A stretch of DNA of 64,000 nucleotides from a virus (IMGVR_UViG_3300005329_000002:2670-66669), one strand, 5' to 3'. Positions 19,263-29,416 are shown, counted from the stretch's first letter. The notes: generated from the letters alone by a model not told the origin. A program made the numbers and translations.

Positions 19263-20423
19263 TTACGGAAGCGTGAGCTTCTGCACCGAGTTGGCAGGAT
19301 CGCCGTACACGCCGCGTCGAGTGCGCCCCACTTGCTGCCCCTCGATAAGACGCGAAATGTCCGGTGCGCCAATATCAATTCGCAGATCGTGGTGAACGAG
19401 TTCCTTGAACCGCTGCTTCGGGAAAATGAAATAAGCGGTTCCCTGAGTTACGCCCGGATAGACGTAGCTCTTGACCCCGTTCGTAACCGTCGCGCCGTTG
19501 TAGTAAATGATCGTGTCAACCGGGACACGAGCGAGCGGCCTACCGTTCGCATCGAGGACAGGCGAGAGCAGCGCATCCTCAATCTGAAATCGGTCAGCCT
19601 CGTTCGCCAGAATTACAGACGGCGTTCGCTGAGGCGTAGCCGACACAGCCGACTTGTACGCTGACTGGAACGTGAGCAGTGTCTTTTCCTGCGTCGTCGC
19701 GCCTGTTGCGTTTGCTGCCGTGAGGTTTCCACCAGCATACGAAAACGCGATGATTGGGGAAAGGTGAATGTGATTCAAAAGGTAATTGTACGACCTTCCG
19801 AATGCACGGTTGTTCAGAGTGATATCCCACGTCCGGTCGAACTCGATCATGTCCTCCGTCCACTCAAAGCCAGCGGCGTAGGTGGTGATCGGTGCCGTTG
19901 CCGGGACACCCTTCTGAATCGTGCCGAAAACAATTTCGCCACCCTCAAACTTCTCAAGGAAAATTACATTCCCCTGAAGGGTGTTCTCATTGATCTGCAC
20001 GACTCCACCAGGAAACGGCCCAGGGATCGTTTCGTAAATTGGGTTGTAGAGAAGCGGAACGTCTGCAAGCCCAAAGTCCACGTCGATCCGAACCTTCTCA
20101 AGCAAGTCCATCGAACCCTGAGAAGTTGTAATCATTTCCTGAACGGTCTGGCGAAGCTCAATTTCAAGACAGTCATCGAGGAACTTGTCGCGCTGCCCCT
20201 TCATGAGCATTTCACTGACCACGTTCGCGCTCGACATTTCACCCTGAAGCACGCGCTCCGACGACCAGCGCCGATGCGTTAGCTCAGTGTAATCCGAACC
20301 GAGCGGTGGTGATCCAGCCTTAAGCTCGCCGCCCCAAATTGCATCGTATGGAATTCGCATACGACCATCGCGGCTCCGCTTGGCCAGTTTTTCAAGTGTT
20401 GGAGCTTCGGTAATAAGACCCAT
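19263..20423 (-). CDS. major capsid protein
   Basis: True start ATG 20423 with AAAGGAGG RBS (386 aa); EGGEIVFGT, YAAGFEWTE pattern; follows scaffold and cement genes. Confidence 0.85.
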   Translation of the reverse strand: MGLITEAPTLEKLAKRSRDGRMRIPYDAIWGGELKAGSPPLGSDYTELTHRRWSSERVLQGEMSSANVVSEMLMKGQRDKFLDDCLEIELRQTVQEMITTSQGSMDLLEKVRIDVDFGLADVPLLYNPIYETIPGPFPGGVVQINENTLQGNVIFLEKFEGGEIVFGTIQKGVPATAPITTYAAGFEWTEDMIEFDRTWDITLNNRAFGRSYNYLLNHIHLSPIIAFSYAGGNLTAANATGATTQEKTLLTFQSAYKSAVSATPQRTPSVILANEADRFQIEDALLSPVLDANGRPLARVPVDTIIYYNGATVTNGVKSYVYPGVTQGTAYFIFPKQRFKELVHHDLRIDIGAPDISRLIEGQQVGRTRRGVYGDPANSVQKLTLP

Positions 20424-20443
20424 TGAAATTTGCCTCCTTTCTC

Positions 20444-20854
20444 TTACGGGCCAACGTTGAGTACGCGGACAGCCGCGTAGTTGTTTGCATCCTTCGCCTC
20501 TTCGACCTTGCATACAGGCGAGCCTGTAACCGTGGCCGTCAAGTCTGTGTCGCCTCTCTTCAGTCCGGCACCCGCCGTCCAGTAGAGGTAATCGCCCTGG
20601 GCTGCCGTGACGCCTGCTGGAACCTTGACGTACCAAATTCGCTCTGAAGAAATTTCCATATCCGCAACACGAAGCGTATCCGCTGCGGCGATGTTCTTCA
20701 TGCAAATTCCATTCCAGCCGTTCAGTCGGTACAGATCACCGAACGTGAACGTTCCTGCGGGCCAAGTAAACCCGGAAGTAGTTGCGCGACCGTCGCCCTT
20801 AAGCTGGCCCATGAAAACGAGTCCAGCAAGTCGCTCTGAAATTCCACGAAGCAT
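20444..20854 (-). CDS. capsid cement/decoration protein (DUF2190-like)
   Basis: TFGDLYRLNGWNG, AAQGDYLYW, CKVEEAKD; directly upstream of MCP. Confidence 0.7.
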   Translation of the reverse strand: MLRGISERLAGLVFMGQLKGDGRATTSGFTWPAGTFTFGDLYRLNGWNGICMKNIAAADTLRVADMEISSERIWYVKVPAGVTAAQGDYLYWTAGAGLKRGDTDLTATVTGSPVCKVEEAKDANNYAAVRVLNVGP

Positions 20855-20874
20855 ATTGGTTTATCCTCCCTTCG

Positions 20875-21402
20875 TTACTCGTCGTTTGCGTCCGGCCCTG
20901 CGGATGCTCGGGCCTCGTCGTAGGCTTCGTGTGCCTCGACAAGCTCGCTCTTGCTCATGCTTGAGCGGCCTTCAATTTCACGATCCCCTGCAAGAGCAAG
21001 AAGCTCTTCCTTCGTCTGCTCTTCGTAGCTCGCGCTCGCGGAACCCTGCGAGTCAAGATCAACGTCGGCAGGCTCGTTCGGGTGATTCTCCCCTGGCGAA
21101 ACAACAGCGCCCTTCAGATCAGCGCCATAGTCCTCTGAAATTTCAGCGGCGAGGGGATGGCTCTCAATGTCACGAAGGCGACCCATGTTCGTAGCCGGGT
21201 CTGGCGATGCGTAGGCACCCGGCCCAACAATGATCGGCGTCATTTCCATGTTCTGATCCTCCGGTGCGAGATTGGGATTCGGCAAGTCAGAGGGGTTTCC
21301 GAAATTCTCGAAATTTCCGGCTCCCATGACTTCCTCTACCACGTCTGCCGCGCCAGCGTCGTTAACGCCGTGCGTCGGCTGCTTCTTCTTAGCCAATTTC
21401 AT
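20875..21402 (-). CDS. acidic protein with C-terminal Rho-N/HeH-like motif
   Basis: TKEELLALAGDREIEGRSSMSKSELVEA. Confidence 0.65.
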   Translation of the reverse strand: MKLAKKKQPTHGVNDAGAADVVEEVMGAGNFENFGNPSDLPNPNLAPEDQNMEMTPIIVGPGAYASPDPATNMGRLRDIESHPLAAEISEDYGADLKGAVVSPGENHPNEPADVDLDSQGSASASYEEQTKEELLALAGDREIEGRSSMSKSELVEAHEAYDEARASAGPDANDE

Positions 21403-22595
21403 TACCTCCTGGCGGCGCGAACGCGGATGGTCGAGCTTTCGTACCCATCCTTGATTTCACGAGGCTGACGGCGACCGTTATCGCTCTGCGTGGTGCGCCC
21501 CTCGTCCTTCTCTTCGTGCGTGTCCTTCATTTCGCCAACAAGCTCACGAATTTCATCATCGCTGTTGACCATTTCGTTCACGATCCCCTCAACGGCGTCG
21601 CGATCCTTCGTCTCGTCGCCTGCAAGCTCAACGTTGTCCATTTCAGAAGCAAGCAGCCTCTTGATAAGAACGCGGTTGCTCTTGTTCTCGTCGCCCTTGA
21701 ATTTCTTCTCAAGCACCGAGTCGAGGATTGCGTCCTTGGCAGTGCGACCAGCCTTCTTAAGCTCGTCCACAGTCTTGCCAAGAACTGCAAGAACGTCGCC
21801 ATCGTCCTCGATGCTGAAAAGCTTTCGAATTTCAGCGATGAGGTTGACGTTCTCGTTTGCGGCCTCAAGCTCTTCCGTCTGCTTCTCAAGCTTCTCGGTC
21901 AAAGGCTTCGTGGCCGTTGTCTCAATTTCAGAAACGAGTTCAGGATTATGCGCCCTAAGCTCGTTCTGCTGAAGCGCCTTAATTTCTTCGGGCTTCACGT
22001 CGTTCCTCCCTTCGTCCATTTCTGAAGTAAGCCCACCAACCATTACTGCGTTCATACCAGCCTTCCGTGGGCGAGAAAGGTCGATACTTTCCAACTTGAA
22101 ATCCGACATTGCAGAGCCGCCCTTGATCGGCTTCTTCAAAGCGCTACCGCGCCAAGAAACCGAACGGGTAAGACGACGCTTGAGATAGTCACGTCCTTTT
22201 GTGCCGGGAAGAACGTAAGCCTTCGCAAGCAATTTCACCTTATCCTGGGAGACTTCCAACTTGGATTTCAACCACTGAAGCTGAATGTCGGGAAATGCGT
22301 AACCATCTAGTTCAGGCGGGATATGACCTAGATAGCCGACAATCGGCTCAGAGGCTTCGTTGATTTGTTCCTGAACGGACTGAAATACGTCCTGCCCCCA
22401 ATAGTTGCCCTGCTTCGACCAACCGGACTCAATCAGGAACGTTGCGAATTTCGGATCGTCGTCACCTTCCGTGACTTCCTCGATCTGCTCTTTGGACAGC
22501 GGCAACAGAACACCAGCACCGCTCGCCATTTCAGAGACGACGGTGCATTCCAAATCGTCGTTGACGAATTCTCTGTCTGCTGCGTACTCGCTCAT
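21402..22595 (-). CDS. prohead protease/scaffold protein
   Basis: N-terminal SKQGNYW, GYLGH, SVSWRG, LESIDLS (protease-like); C-terminal coiled coil. Confidence 0.7.
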   Translation of the reverse strand: MSEYAADREFVNDDLECTVVSEMASGAGVLLPLSKEQIEEVTEGDDDPKFATFLIESGWSKQGNYWGQDVFQSVQEQINEASEPIVGYLGHIPPELDGYAFPDIQLQWLKSKLEVSQDKVKLLAKAYVLPGTKGRDYLKRRLTRSVSWRGSALKKPIKGGSAMSDFKLESIDLSRPRKAGMNAVMVGGLTSEMDEGRNDVKPEEIKALQQNELRAHNPELVSEIETTATKPLTEKLEKQTEELEAANENVNLIAEIRKLFSIEDDGDVLAVLGKTVDELKKAGRTAKDAILDSVLEKKFKGDENKSNRVLIKRLLASEMDNVELAGDETKDRDAVEGIVNEMVNSDDEIRELVGEMKDTHEEKDEGRTTQSDNGRRQPREIKDGYESSTIRVRAARR

Positions 22596-22599
22596 TGAA

Positions 22600-23016
22600 T
22601 TACCTCTTCTTTGGTGCTGATTTTCTCGGAGTTTTCACAGTGCGCCGAACTCCACGCCCCTGAGCAAAGCTGCCCGGAGGAAGTGGCTGCGCAGTCAGAA
22701 TTTCAGGAGACTGATCGCCCTGGACGTAATCGACCTTGGGATCGCTGTTGAAGTGGACGTGCTGAGCAGCCGATTCAATTTCACGCCCCACTGCCGGATC
22801 ACGAACCATCAGGCGACGAACAGCCGCCTTAGCTGTCTGACTTGTAATTGACTTTCCAAACAGTTTGAAACCGGGACGACCAACTGCGGTCGAATCCTGG
22901 CTTGAAAGAACCTTGACGGACGAACGACCGCCACGAGTTGCAATTGGCTTTACCGCACGAGGCCGTCCGGCCTTAAATCCTCTTGCCCTTGCCATCCTTA
23001 CCTCCCGTTGTTCCAC
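22600..23016 (-). CDS. basic hypothetical protein (possible core/DNA-binding)
   Basis: R/K-rich; likely start at MARARG. Confidence 0.55.
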   Translation of the reverse strand: MEQREVRMARARGFKAGRPRAVKPIATRGGRSSVKVLSSQDSTAVGRPGFKLFGKSITSQTAKAAVRRLMVRDPAVGREIESAAQHVHFNSDPKVDYVQGDQSPEILTAQPLPPGSFAQGRGVRRTVKTPRKSAPKKR

Positions 23017-23434
23017 ATATTGAATTTCTGTCCCTTTGGCCGCGAACCCTTGCGCTTACCGTACAACGTCTGGCGCTCGCGAAACGATTTACGCAAGGTA
23101 CTCGGCTGACGCAAAATTCCTTTGAACGGATATGCTGCCACTATCTCTTCACCAGCCTTTTCCCAAGAATGTGAATTTCACGAATTGCAGAATGAAGCTG
23201 ACGCCTGCTGACGACTCTCTGTGCTGGCCCTCTGTTTCCAGAGCCTCGATCCCCGCCATTACCACTGTTGCCGTTATTTCCACTGTCTGACAATTTATCG
23301 CCTCCTAGTCCTTCTAGCACGCGCCCGCCCAACTGCTGCTGCCATCTGTCGCGGATTTCTTCTGGCTCGCCCCCTTTTGATCGATTTCACTCGACGTAAT
23401 TTCCTTGGTCGCCCTGGCTTGCTACGGACGGCCA

Positions 23435-24988
23435 CTATTCATTCTTCCCTTGCGGCCCTGCTGCAATCGGAATTTTATCTTGGCTGCCCTTGCCATTACT
23501 GCCCGCCGCTGGAATTGCCAATGCTGGTTGAGGTAGCGGCTTGTTCTTTTCGGCATCCTTAGCTTCGTCCTCGGGGTTTTTCATCATTGGGATGAACATG
23601 CGAATCATTTCCTTGTAAGTGCGGTCTGAAATTTGACCACTCTGTAGCGCCACTTCAAGGCCCATGATTAGCTGCTGAAGAGCCTGCATGAGAACCATCT
23701 GATCGTCTGCTCTGACAGGCTCCCATGTAATTCGTGCCCTAACAGGCTGAAAACCGTTGGCCACGAGATACATTTTCAAAACGTTCTGAACCGAACGCTG
23801 AAATTGCTTTCGCTTCCTCGCGATCTTCTTCACGAACGGAACTGTCTGCGCGTTGCGGTCGCTGTTAGCGCTACCCGCGTCCACGCGCATGAATGCCCAT
23901 TCAGGTGTAGAGGACGCAATGCAAATGAAGTCCACAAGAATTTCAACAAGGCTCTTGGTGTCTCCAAGCACGGAACGAGCTTCAAGGAACTCAGCATCCT
24001 CATCCGGCGCAAAGAAGAGCATTTCCTTCCCCTGCCATGAAATTGAAGCTCCTGGCTTAATGTTGCCACTCTCATCGAGTGCGCTTGGGAAGTTGTTCTT
24101 GATAAAGGGCTCGATTTCCTTGATTTTGAATTTCACCTTCGGAACTGAGTGGTACTTGTGAGCCTGCAATCCCTGAGCCATCACGTCATGCAAAGCCCTC
24201 ACGAACGGCACAACGCCTTCTAGGTCGCTCTGACCGCCGCTCAGCGTCGAGTCGTACTCGTTCCAGACTTCCTCAAACGGAACGAAGCCGAGAGTGTTCC
24301 TGTAATTCAGATCAGTTAGCTCTTTCTGATCCGTCCTGTCAAAGAACACAACCTCGTCCTTGGTCACAATTTCAACCACTTCATGCTCGCTCGTCTGCGG
24401 AAGGTTCCCTGACTTGGGATCGCCTTTTTCATCGACCATGAACATGCGATGTTGAACTACAGCCCGGTCAATCACGTTCTTGTTGCGGAGTGATCGCTGA
24501 ATTGTAATTCTCTCGGGGTCGATTGTCTCGATTCGACCATGCTCATTTTCCTCGATGGTCATGAAAGGATCGTCAACCATCGGCTCCTGCCAGTAACGAA
24601 TGACGGTTTTGGAATCGCGAATGGAATTTCGGAACATCTGCTGTAGCTCGTCCGTCCAATACAATTCCAAGCACTCGTTTAGGCGGTCGTTGAGTGCATC
24701 GTCGTCAGTCGAAGCGTGGGGAGTACCCATGAATGCGACTTGCAAGTCAACGATGGGCCTACAGAACGCTGCACCAAGCGCTGAATCTGAACCGTCATTG
24801 CGGTACAACTGTCTCGCGTAATCGAAATTAATGATTGTGTTGTCATACGCAGGCTGTCTCCCCCAAAATGTATTTCCCACTGACCGGAAAACGGAGCGCA
24901 ACCCGCTCCACGTCGATCCCCACAGTGAAAAGATACCCCGCGAGGCATCTTCGACCATTTCTGAAATTGCTGTTCTAACTCTCCCCAT
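23435..24988 (-). CDS. portal protein
   Basis: 517 aa; NTLGFVPF...GQSDL pattern of SPP1 gp6-like portals; position. Confidence 0.85.
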   Translation of the reverse strand: MGRVRTAISEMVEDASRGIFSLWGSTWSGLRSVFRSVGNTFWGRQPAYDNTIINFDYARQLYRNDGSDSALGAAFCRPIVDLQVAFMGTPHASTDDDALNDRLNECLELYWTDELQQMFRNSIRDSKTVIRYWQEPMVDDPFMTIEENEHGRIETIDPERITIQRSLRNKNVIDRAVVQHRMFMVDEKGDPKSGNLPQTSEHEVVEIVTKDEVVFFDRTDQKELTDLNYRNTLGFVPFEEVWNEYDSTLSGGQSDLEGVVPFVRALHDVMAQGLQAHKYHSVPKVKFKIKEIEPFIKNNFPSALDESGNIKPGASISWQGKEMLFFAPDEDAEFLEARSVLGDTKSLVEILVDFICIASSTPEWAFMRVDAGSANSDRNAQTVPFVKKIARKRKQFQRSVQNVLKMYLVANGFQPVRARITWEPVRADDQMVLMQALQQLIMGLEVALQSGQISDRTYKEMIRMFIPMMKNPEDEAKDAEKNKPLPQPALAIPAAGSNGKGSQDKIPIAAGPQGKNE

Positions 24989-25583
24989 CGGGCTCCATTT
25001 CCTTGGCTGCTGCATCGGACAGGAATTGCTCAAATTTCTCCATCATCTGAGCCGCTTCCTCTTGCTTCTCGGGCGGAAGCTGCCGAATTGCATCTACGAT
25101 GCCGTCATTCGTAAATGTGTGCCTCTCTTCGTTGACCTTGTGAACGCTCTGCTCTGTCCGTGAGGCTTTTGCGGCACCGCCACGGTCGAGCAAGTCTCCT
25201 GCCGCCTTCAAACGCATTTCATCGGCGGGAGTCGTTCGCATCACGTCAACAATCGTCTGAACGGCCTCGATCATGTAATTCTGAATGAGTTCCAGAGCCG
25301 CGCCTGGAATTCGTTCGCGCATGAAGTTGATCTGCTCAGCCGATTGCGGGCTTTCCAAAAGCTCTTTGACTTGGTTCTTTGAAATTCCGATGATCTTCGC
25401 CATCTGCGTTCGGCTGTAGCCAGCGAGTTCAAGGATTATGACCATCCTGAAATTGAACTCTTCTTTCCCCAAAGTTACTTTTACTCTCTTTTTGGGGTTG
25501 ACCTTGTAGCGCCGACGAACTTGCTTCTGCAATTTCTTCACGTCAGCGCTGGTCTTTGGAATGCTTGTCTCTTTACGCGGCAT
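24975..25583 (-). CDS. putative terminase small subunit (HTH)
   Basis: GYSRTQMAKIIGISKNQV HTH; RLKAAGDLLDRGG motif. Confidence 0.6.
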   Translation of the reverse strand: MPRKETSIPKTSADVKKLQKQVRRRYKVNPKKRVKVTLGKEEFNFRMVIILELAGYSRTQMAKIIGISKNQVKELLESPQSAEQINFMRERIPGAALELIQNYMIEAVQTIVDVMRTTPADEMRLKAAGDLLDRGGAAKASRTEQSVHKVNEERHTFTNDGIVDAIRQLPPEKQEEAAQMMEKFEQFLSDAAAKEMEPDGES

Positions 25584-27261
25584 CGACAAGGCTCCCTGCT
25601 CTATCGAACGCCTCTGAAATTCCAGTCGGGATAACCAGAGACGGCTGCTGGTACGCGGCAATGCGAGCGAACATTGCAGAGTGATGCCAGTGGTCAGGAT
25701 TTCTATTCTTCTTCCACTTGGCCACGATCCTGCCCTGCAAGTCCTCTTCCTCTACACGCACCATCTGTGTCATATGCGCGTAGTAGCCGTTATAAGGGCG
25801 CTTCGGCATGTGTTCGCCCAATTCCCTCGCGTTTGGCGGCAGAATTACATTTCCATCGAGGAAATCCTTGATTACTTGATCGAAAGCCATCGTCCGATCA
25901 ATTACAACCTTCCCAGCCTCACCGATTTTCTGCGGATGCCACACTGCAATTTCCTGAGTCTGCGGTCTGTCCATTTCGAACCCGAGCCAGAAACGGCCCT
26001 GGTACTTCAGTGACAGATCACGCGCTGCTCTTTTTTCAGGGTGAGCATCGCAAACGCACATGAAATTGGAAAGTCGGCTGAGGTAGTTATCGACTTCGTT
26101 CCATTCTCGCAGGATTTTCATATCCCACAGCTTGAACTGCTCGCGAAACTTCGTGTAAGCGGTCACATGAATCGTCGCGCCCACGTCGATCCCGATGTAA
26201 ATTGCCGAATCCGGAATGCCACCCATCGTGTAGCCGGGAAGAATGCACTTGTCCAGAATTTCAGGCGTAAGCTGATCGCCGTGCGCGACATACGGGATTC
26301 CAAGCGAGTTGTTGTAGAACGAGCGGAGCTTCCTCGCGTTGGACTGTCCCAAAAAGTAACCCTCAACAATTTTTTCCAAAGGCTGCGTTGGAGAATTAAA
26401 TTGTGAGACGTGATAGCCACGCTTCTTGCCGTCCGGATTCTGCGGCACCCACCGACCGTCCTTGTTCAGTCCGCGTCGTTCGCCGTCAACGAAATTGTGA
26501 TGGCAGTGAGCGCACTCAAGAACGCAATCCTCAGCTTTGTCTCCGAGCTTCAAGTTGTCCTCGAAATTCAGAACTTGATAGCGGGAGCAACCGGGGCATG
26601 GAATTTCCCAACGATGCTGGTCGCTTGCCCACCATGCATCCTCAGAATCGACTCCATGCCCCGGTACTGTGGGGGTAGAGAGGATTGTGAGCTTCTGAAT
26701 TTCAGAGCCATCCATGCGGTGTCGAGCGTCCTCAAGGTTGTCCTCAACCATGCGGTCACGCTCATCCCACACTTCACAATCGACCGGAATTTCTTGTAGC
26801 TCGCGGTCGATGTTCGTGCCTCTGATGTAAAGATTGATCCCCTCAGCCTGTTTATGGAGGCGGTTATCGACGGTTTTGAATTTCCCGCGAAGATACGGGC
26901 TTGCGTCGATCATCGGATCAATCCGAGCTTGCACGAACGGGATGGCTCCGGTCTTAAGCGGCAGCAAATACAAATGGTTCCAGCGCCGCTCTGTAATCCA
27001 CTGCAACGTTCGAACGAGGAACGTCACGGTAAAGGCCGTCTGAGCGGCCTTTGGAATTACAATTTCGTCTGAGGTATCTCGGATCACTTGCCTGATGTAT
27101 TCCCGCCCCTCAAGGGTGAATGGACGGCCATCCACTCTCAATTCCATGTTTAGTGCCCATTCATCGGGTCTAGCAAGTGCCCTGATGGGATTGAAATGTC
27201 CTCCCACCGGGGATTGCATTTTCTTGGAAATTGAAAGTGATTTGGCCATTTCAGAAGGCAT
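25573..27261 (-). CDS. terL: terminase large subunit, lambda GpA-like
   Basis: PKAAQTAFT, WDERDR, LSTPT, CPGC..CAHC, GIDVG, NPDHWHHS. Confidence 0.9.
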   Translation of the reverse strand: MPSEMAKSLSISKKMQSPVGGHFNPIRALARPDEWALNMELRVDGRPFTLEGREYIRQVIRDTSDEIVIPKAAQTAFTVTFLVRTLQWITERRWNHLYLLPLKTGAIPFVQARIDPMIDASPYLRGKFKTVDNRLHKQAEGINLYIRGTNIDRELQEIPVDCEVWDERDRMVEDNLEDARHRMDGSEIQKLTILSTPTVPGHGVDSEDAWWASDQHRWEIPCPGCSRYQVLNFEDNLKLGDKAEDCVLECAHCHHNFVDGERRGLNKDGRWVPQNPDGKKRGYHVSQFNSPTQPLEKIVEGYFLGQSNARKLRSFYNNSLGIPYVAHGDQLTPEILDKCILPGYTMGGIPDSAIYIGIDVGATIHVTAYTKFREQFKLWDMKILREWNEVDNYLSRLSNFMCVCDAHPEKRAARDLSLKYQGRFWLGFEMDRPQTQEIAVWHPQKIGEAGKVVIDRTMAFDQVIKDFLDGNVILPPNARELGEHMPKRPYNGYYAHMTQMVRVEEEDLQGRIVAKWKKNRNPDHWHHSAMFARIAAYQQPSLVIPTGISEAFDRAGSLVDAA

Positions 27262-27332
27262 GTGAATTCGGCGTCTCCGAGGACGCATTTCACATAGTAA
27301 TAGAGGGGGCTGATAACACCCTTGAAATAGCC

Positions 27333-27358
27333 GAAGGGCCGAGTCGCCCCGGCCCTTC
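27333..27358. terminator. GC-rich hairpin upstream of terL
   Basis: GAAGGGCCG-AGTCGCCC-CGGCCCTTC. Confidence 0.4.
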
Positions 27359-27426
27359 AGTTGCCCGAATGCCAGCCGTCAGAGGAAGGCGAGCATCGAA
27401 CCATATTACCCCCTCTCGGGGGCCAG

Positions 27427-27663
27427 TCAAACCCGCTTGGTTGAGCGCTTTCCTTTCTTCTTAATTTCAAACGCCGTTTCCTTGTTGAAACATTTGCATT
27501 TCACGTTGGGGTCTGTCGCTAAATGCCCATGTTCACACTCGAATTCGGCCAGTGGAAGCCGCTGATCGCGGTCAGTCAGTCCAGCCAGCGGACTGATATG
27601 AAAATGCGGTTCCAAGTTGACAACTATCTTGTGATGATGGTTGAAGAAGTCACTAGCTGCCAA
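27427..27663 (-). CDS. Cys/His-containing hypothetical protein
   Basis: ECEHGH..CKC; packing. Confidence 0.5.
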   Translation of the reverse strand: MAASDFFNHHHKIVVNLEPHFHISPLAGLTDRDQRLPLAEFECEHGHLATDPNVKCKCFNKETAFEIKKKGKRSTKRV

Positions 27664-27847
27664 CCTTCCCGCCCTTCTTATAGATTGAATTTACCTTTTG
27701 ACGCAATGTTCGACCCCTTCCTTGTTCCTCTGCTTTGGCAAGATAAATTCGGGTGCCCTCTTCCTTCCCGTATTCCTGCACAAATTCCTTGTACGCCTTC
27801 TGAGCGCCTTTGGTTTGTGCTGAAATTTTAAAAGGCAGCTTGGCCAT
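27653..27847 (-). CDS. small basic hypothetical protein
   Basis: FVQEYGKEEGTRIY pattern; packing. Confidence 0.55.
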   Translation of the reverse strand: MAKLPFKISAQTKGAQKAYKEFVQEYGKEEGTRIYLAKAEEQGRGRTLRQKVNSIYKKGGKVGS

Positions 27848-28306
27848 TTAGGTGTAAACGGTTCCCCAATAGTGAATTGAAGTTCCCCACCCGTAAACGT
27901 GCGCCTTGAATTGCGAATAGGCACCGCCGTTGACTTGAGCCGAGTGAAGGTCGCCGCACTGCGTCCAGATAATTCCACCAGCCGGATCGAAATATGCGTC
28001 ACCATAAGCGTGAGCGTTGGGAGCGCACGAGGGGCCAACAAATCCGGAAGTGGACACATAAGCCACTCGCCAATTGTTATATCCGCAAAGCGTCGTCGCG
28101 CCGCCTGTAGGCCCGGTGTACGGAACCCACACGTCAAAATTACAATGCGTTCCGCCGCCCGGATCGCAAGTAACTCCGCAAGTCGTATCCGGAGCTACAG
28201 TTTTCGTTGTAGTTGAATTTGGAGTTGCTGCATGCGCTTCCTGATGATGGCCGATAATTACAGCAAAGGCCAAAAGCGTCAAAACAAGTGCAAGAATTCT
28301 TTTCAT
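27848..28306 (-). CDS. secreted Cys/Gly-rich protein
   Basis: Signal peptide ending AHA-A; AGGAGG RBS; six Cys. Confidence 0.65.
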   Translation of the reverse strand: MKRILALVLTLLAFAVIIGHHQEAHAATPNSTTTKTVAPDTTCGVTCDPGGGTHCNFDVWVPYTGPTGGATTLCGYNNWRVAYVSTSGFVGPSCAPNAHAYGDAYFDPAGGIIWTQCGDLHSAQVNGGAYSQFKAHVYGWGTSIHYWGTVYT

Positions 28307-28315
28307 GCCTTCCTC

Positions 28316-28522
28316 CTATGAAATTAGAGTCCAATGATCCGGCGTTCCGTGATCGCAACGCCAGAAGTGCTGCTGCACGTAGAGCGTGACGCCGTAGTAG
28401 CTCGGGCCGCACTGAGGAAGCTGAACATAGCCGCCTCCATCCCCGCCAATGTTGGAATCCGTACTTGCGTCCGCCGAACAAACGAACGCGAGCGCCACCA
28501 ACAGAATTACAACTAGTTTCAT
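28316..28522 (-). CDS. small secreted peptide
   Basis: Signal peptide ending ADA-S; GGDGGG..C..C. Confidence 0.6.
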   Translation of the reverse strand: MKLVVILLVALAFVCSADASTDSNIGGDGGGYVQLPQCGPSYYGVTLYVQQHFWRCDHGTPDHWTLIS

Positions 28523-28885
28523 TCAGCTACCTCCACTCGTCGTGGTCGCAGAGAGGCTTCCGGGTATTCCTTGCCAGTCTCCGCGTAATTTTTCAAGCGG
28601 AACCAAAGCATTTGATCCTCTCCGTCGAATGCATGCTCTTCAAACACGCGCTGCAATTTGTTTGCTTCCTCCCGTGTCAATTTCATGCTCCACACTTCCC
28701 ACAATAATCGTTGAATGGCTTACCGTGCTGGCAGAGACGAATTTTATTTCCGTCTGCGCCTTTTCCGAAATGATCCTCGATACTTCCTGCCGTATGCCTT
28801 GGCTTTCGCGCTGCCCTGACGCCGCTTAATAGAGAGAAACGCGGCGATGGCTTGTTTTCTGCTTTTCGGTCTTGGCATTTCAATT

Positions 28886-29224
28886 TCACTTTCTCCCGCC
28901 CTTCTTGTCGGGGCTAACTTGAGCGTCAAGCGCCTGCTGTAGCCGCACCATCTCGGCCTCAACAGCATCGATATCAGCCATGCTTCCGCTGAGTTCCTGC
29001 TGCAAGAACGGGTTGTACCTCGGATCTTCTGCTAGGCGCTCCATGAGGTAACCGATAAAGCGGCGCACACGGAGCAGCGGAGTCTTGTCGGGGCTAGCCG
29101 GGATACCACCACCGACCGGGACGTGACGGATACCGCCGCCCGTTGAGCAGGTCGGGCAAGCCGAGCCGACGTAGGAACCGTGGATGCCGCAAGTGTTCGG
29201 CGGAAGCGGTGTCGTGCTGCTCAT
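28886..29224 (-). CDS. hypothetical protein built from repeat-bounded modules
   Basis: CxxH..CxxC N-module; two SPDK repeats. Confidence 0.55.
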   Translation of the reverse strand: MSSTTPLPPNTCGIHGSYVGSACPTCSTGGGIRHVPVGGGIPASPDKTPLLRVRRFIGYLMERLAEDPRYNPFLQQELSGSMADIDAVEAEMVRLQQALDAQVSPDKKGGRK

Positions 29225-29408
29225 GCTGCTCCTTCCGGGGTCTTGTCGGGGCTAGCCAACCCGATCACCTACTCGTAGAGCCAATTTCCGAGCTTCGTCG
29301 TACCAGTAGAGCGCAGTTACTGCGAGGTCGCGGCGGTCTGGCTCGGTCAGGCCATGCTTCGCGTCCACTAGCTCGCGCTCGGTCAGCCTCGGGGTCTTGT
29401 CGGGGTTA
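28903..29408 (-). repeat. four direct repeats TARCCCCGACAAGA at 154-180 bp spacing
   Basis: Plus strand TCTTGTCGGGG(C/T)TA at 28903, 29083, 29241, 29395. Confidence 0.9.
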
Positions 29409-29416
29409 GATTTCAT
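29252..29416 (-). CDS. small hypothetical protein (54 aa)
   Basis: Hand translation MKSNPDKTPRLTERELVDAKHG...; ATG overlaps upstream stop; its TAG lies in the repeat. Confidence 0.5.
   Translation of the reverse strand: MKSNPDKTPRLTERELVDAKHGLTEPDRRDLAVTALYWYDEARKLALRVGDRVG

Noticed and set aside
20424-20705. 94 aa N-terminal extension of the capsid ORF
   Set aside because: Overlaps the cement gene in another frame; a strong RBS supports the start at 20423.
28903-29408. CRISPR array
   Set aside because: Repeats are only 14-18 bp, spacers are 140-166 bp and coding, and there is no cas operon.
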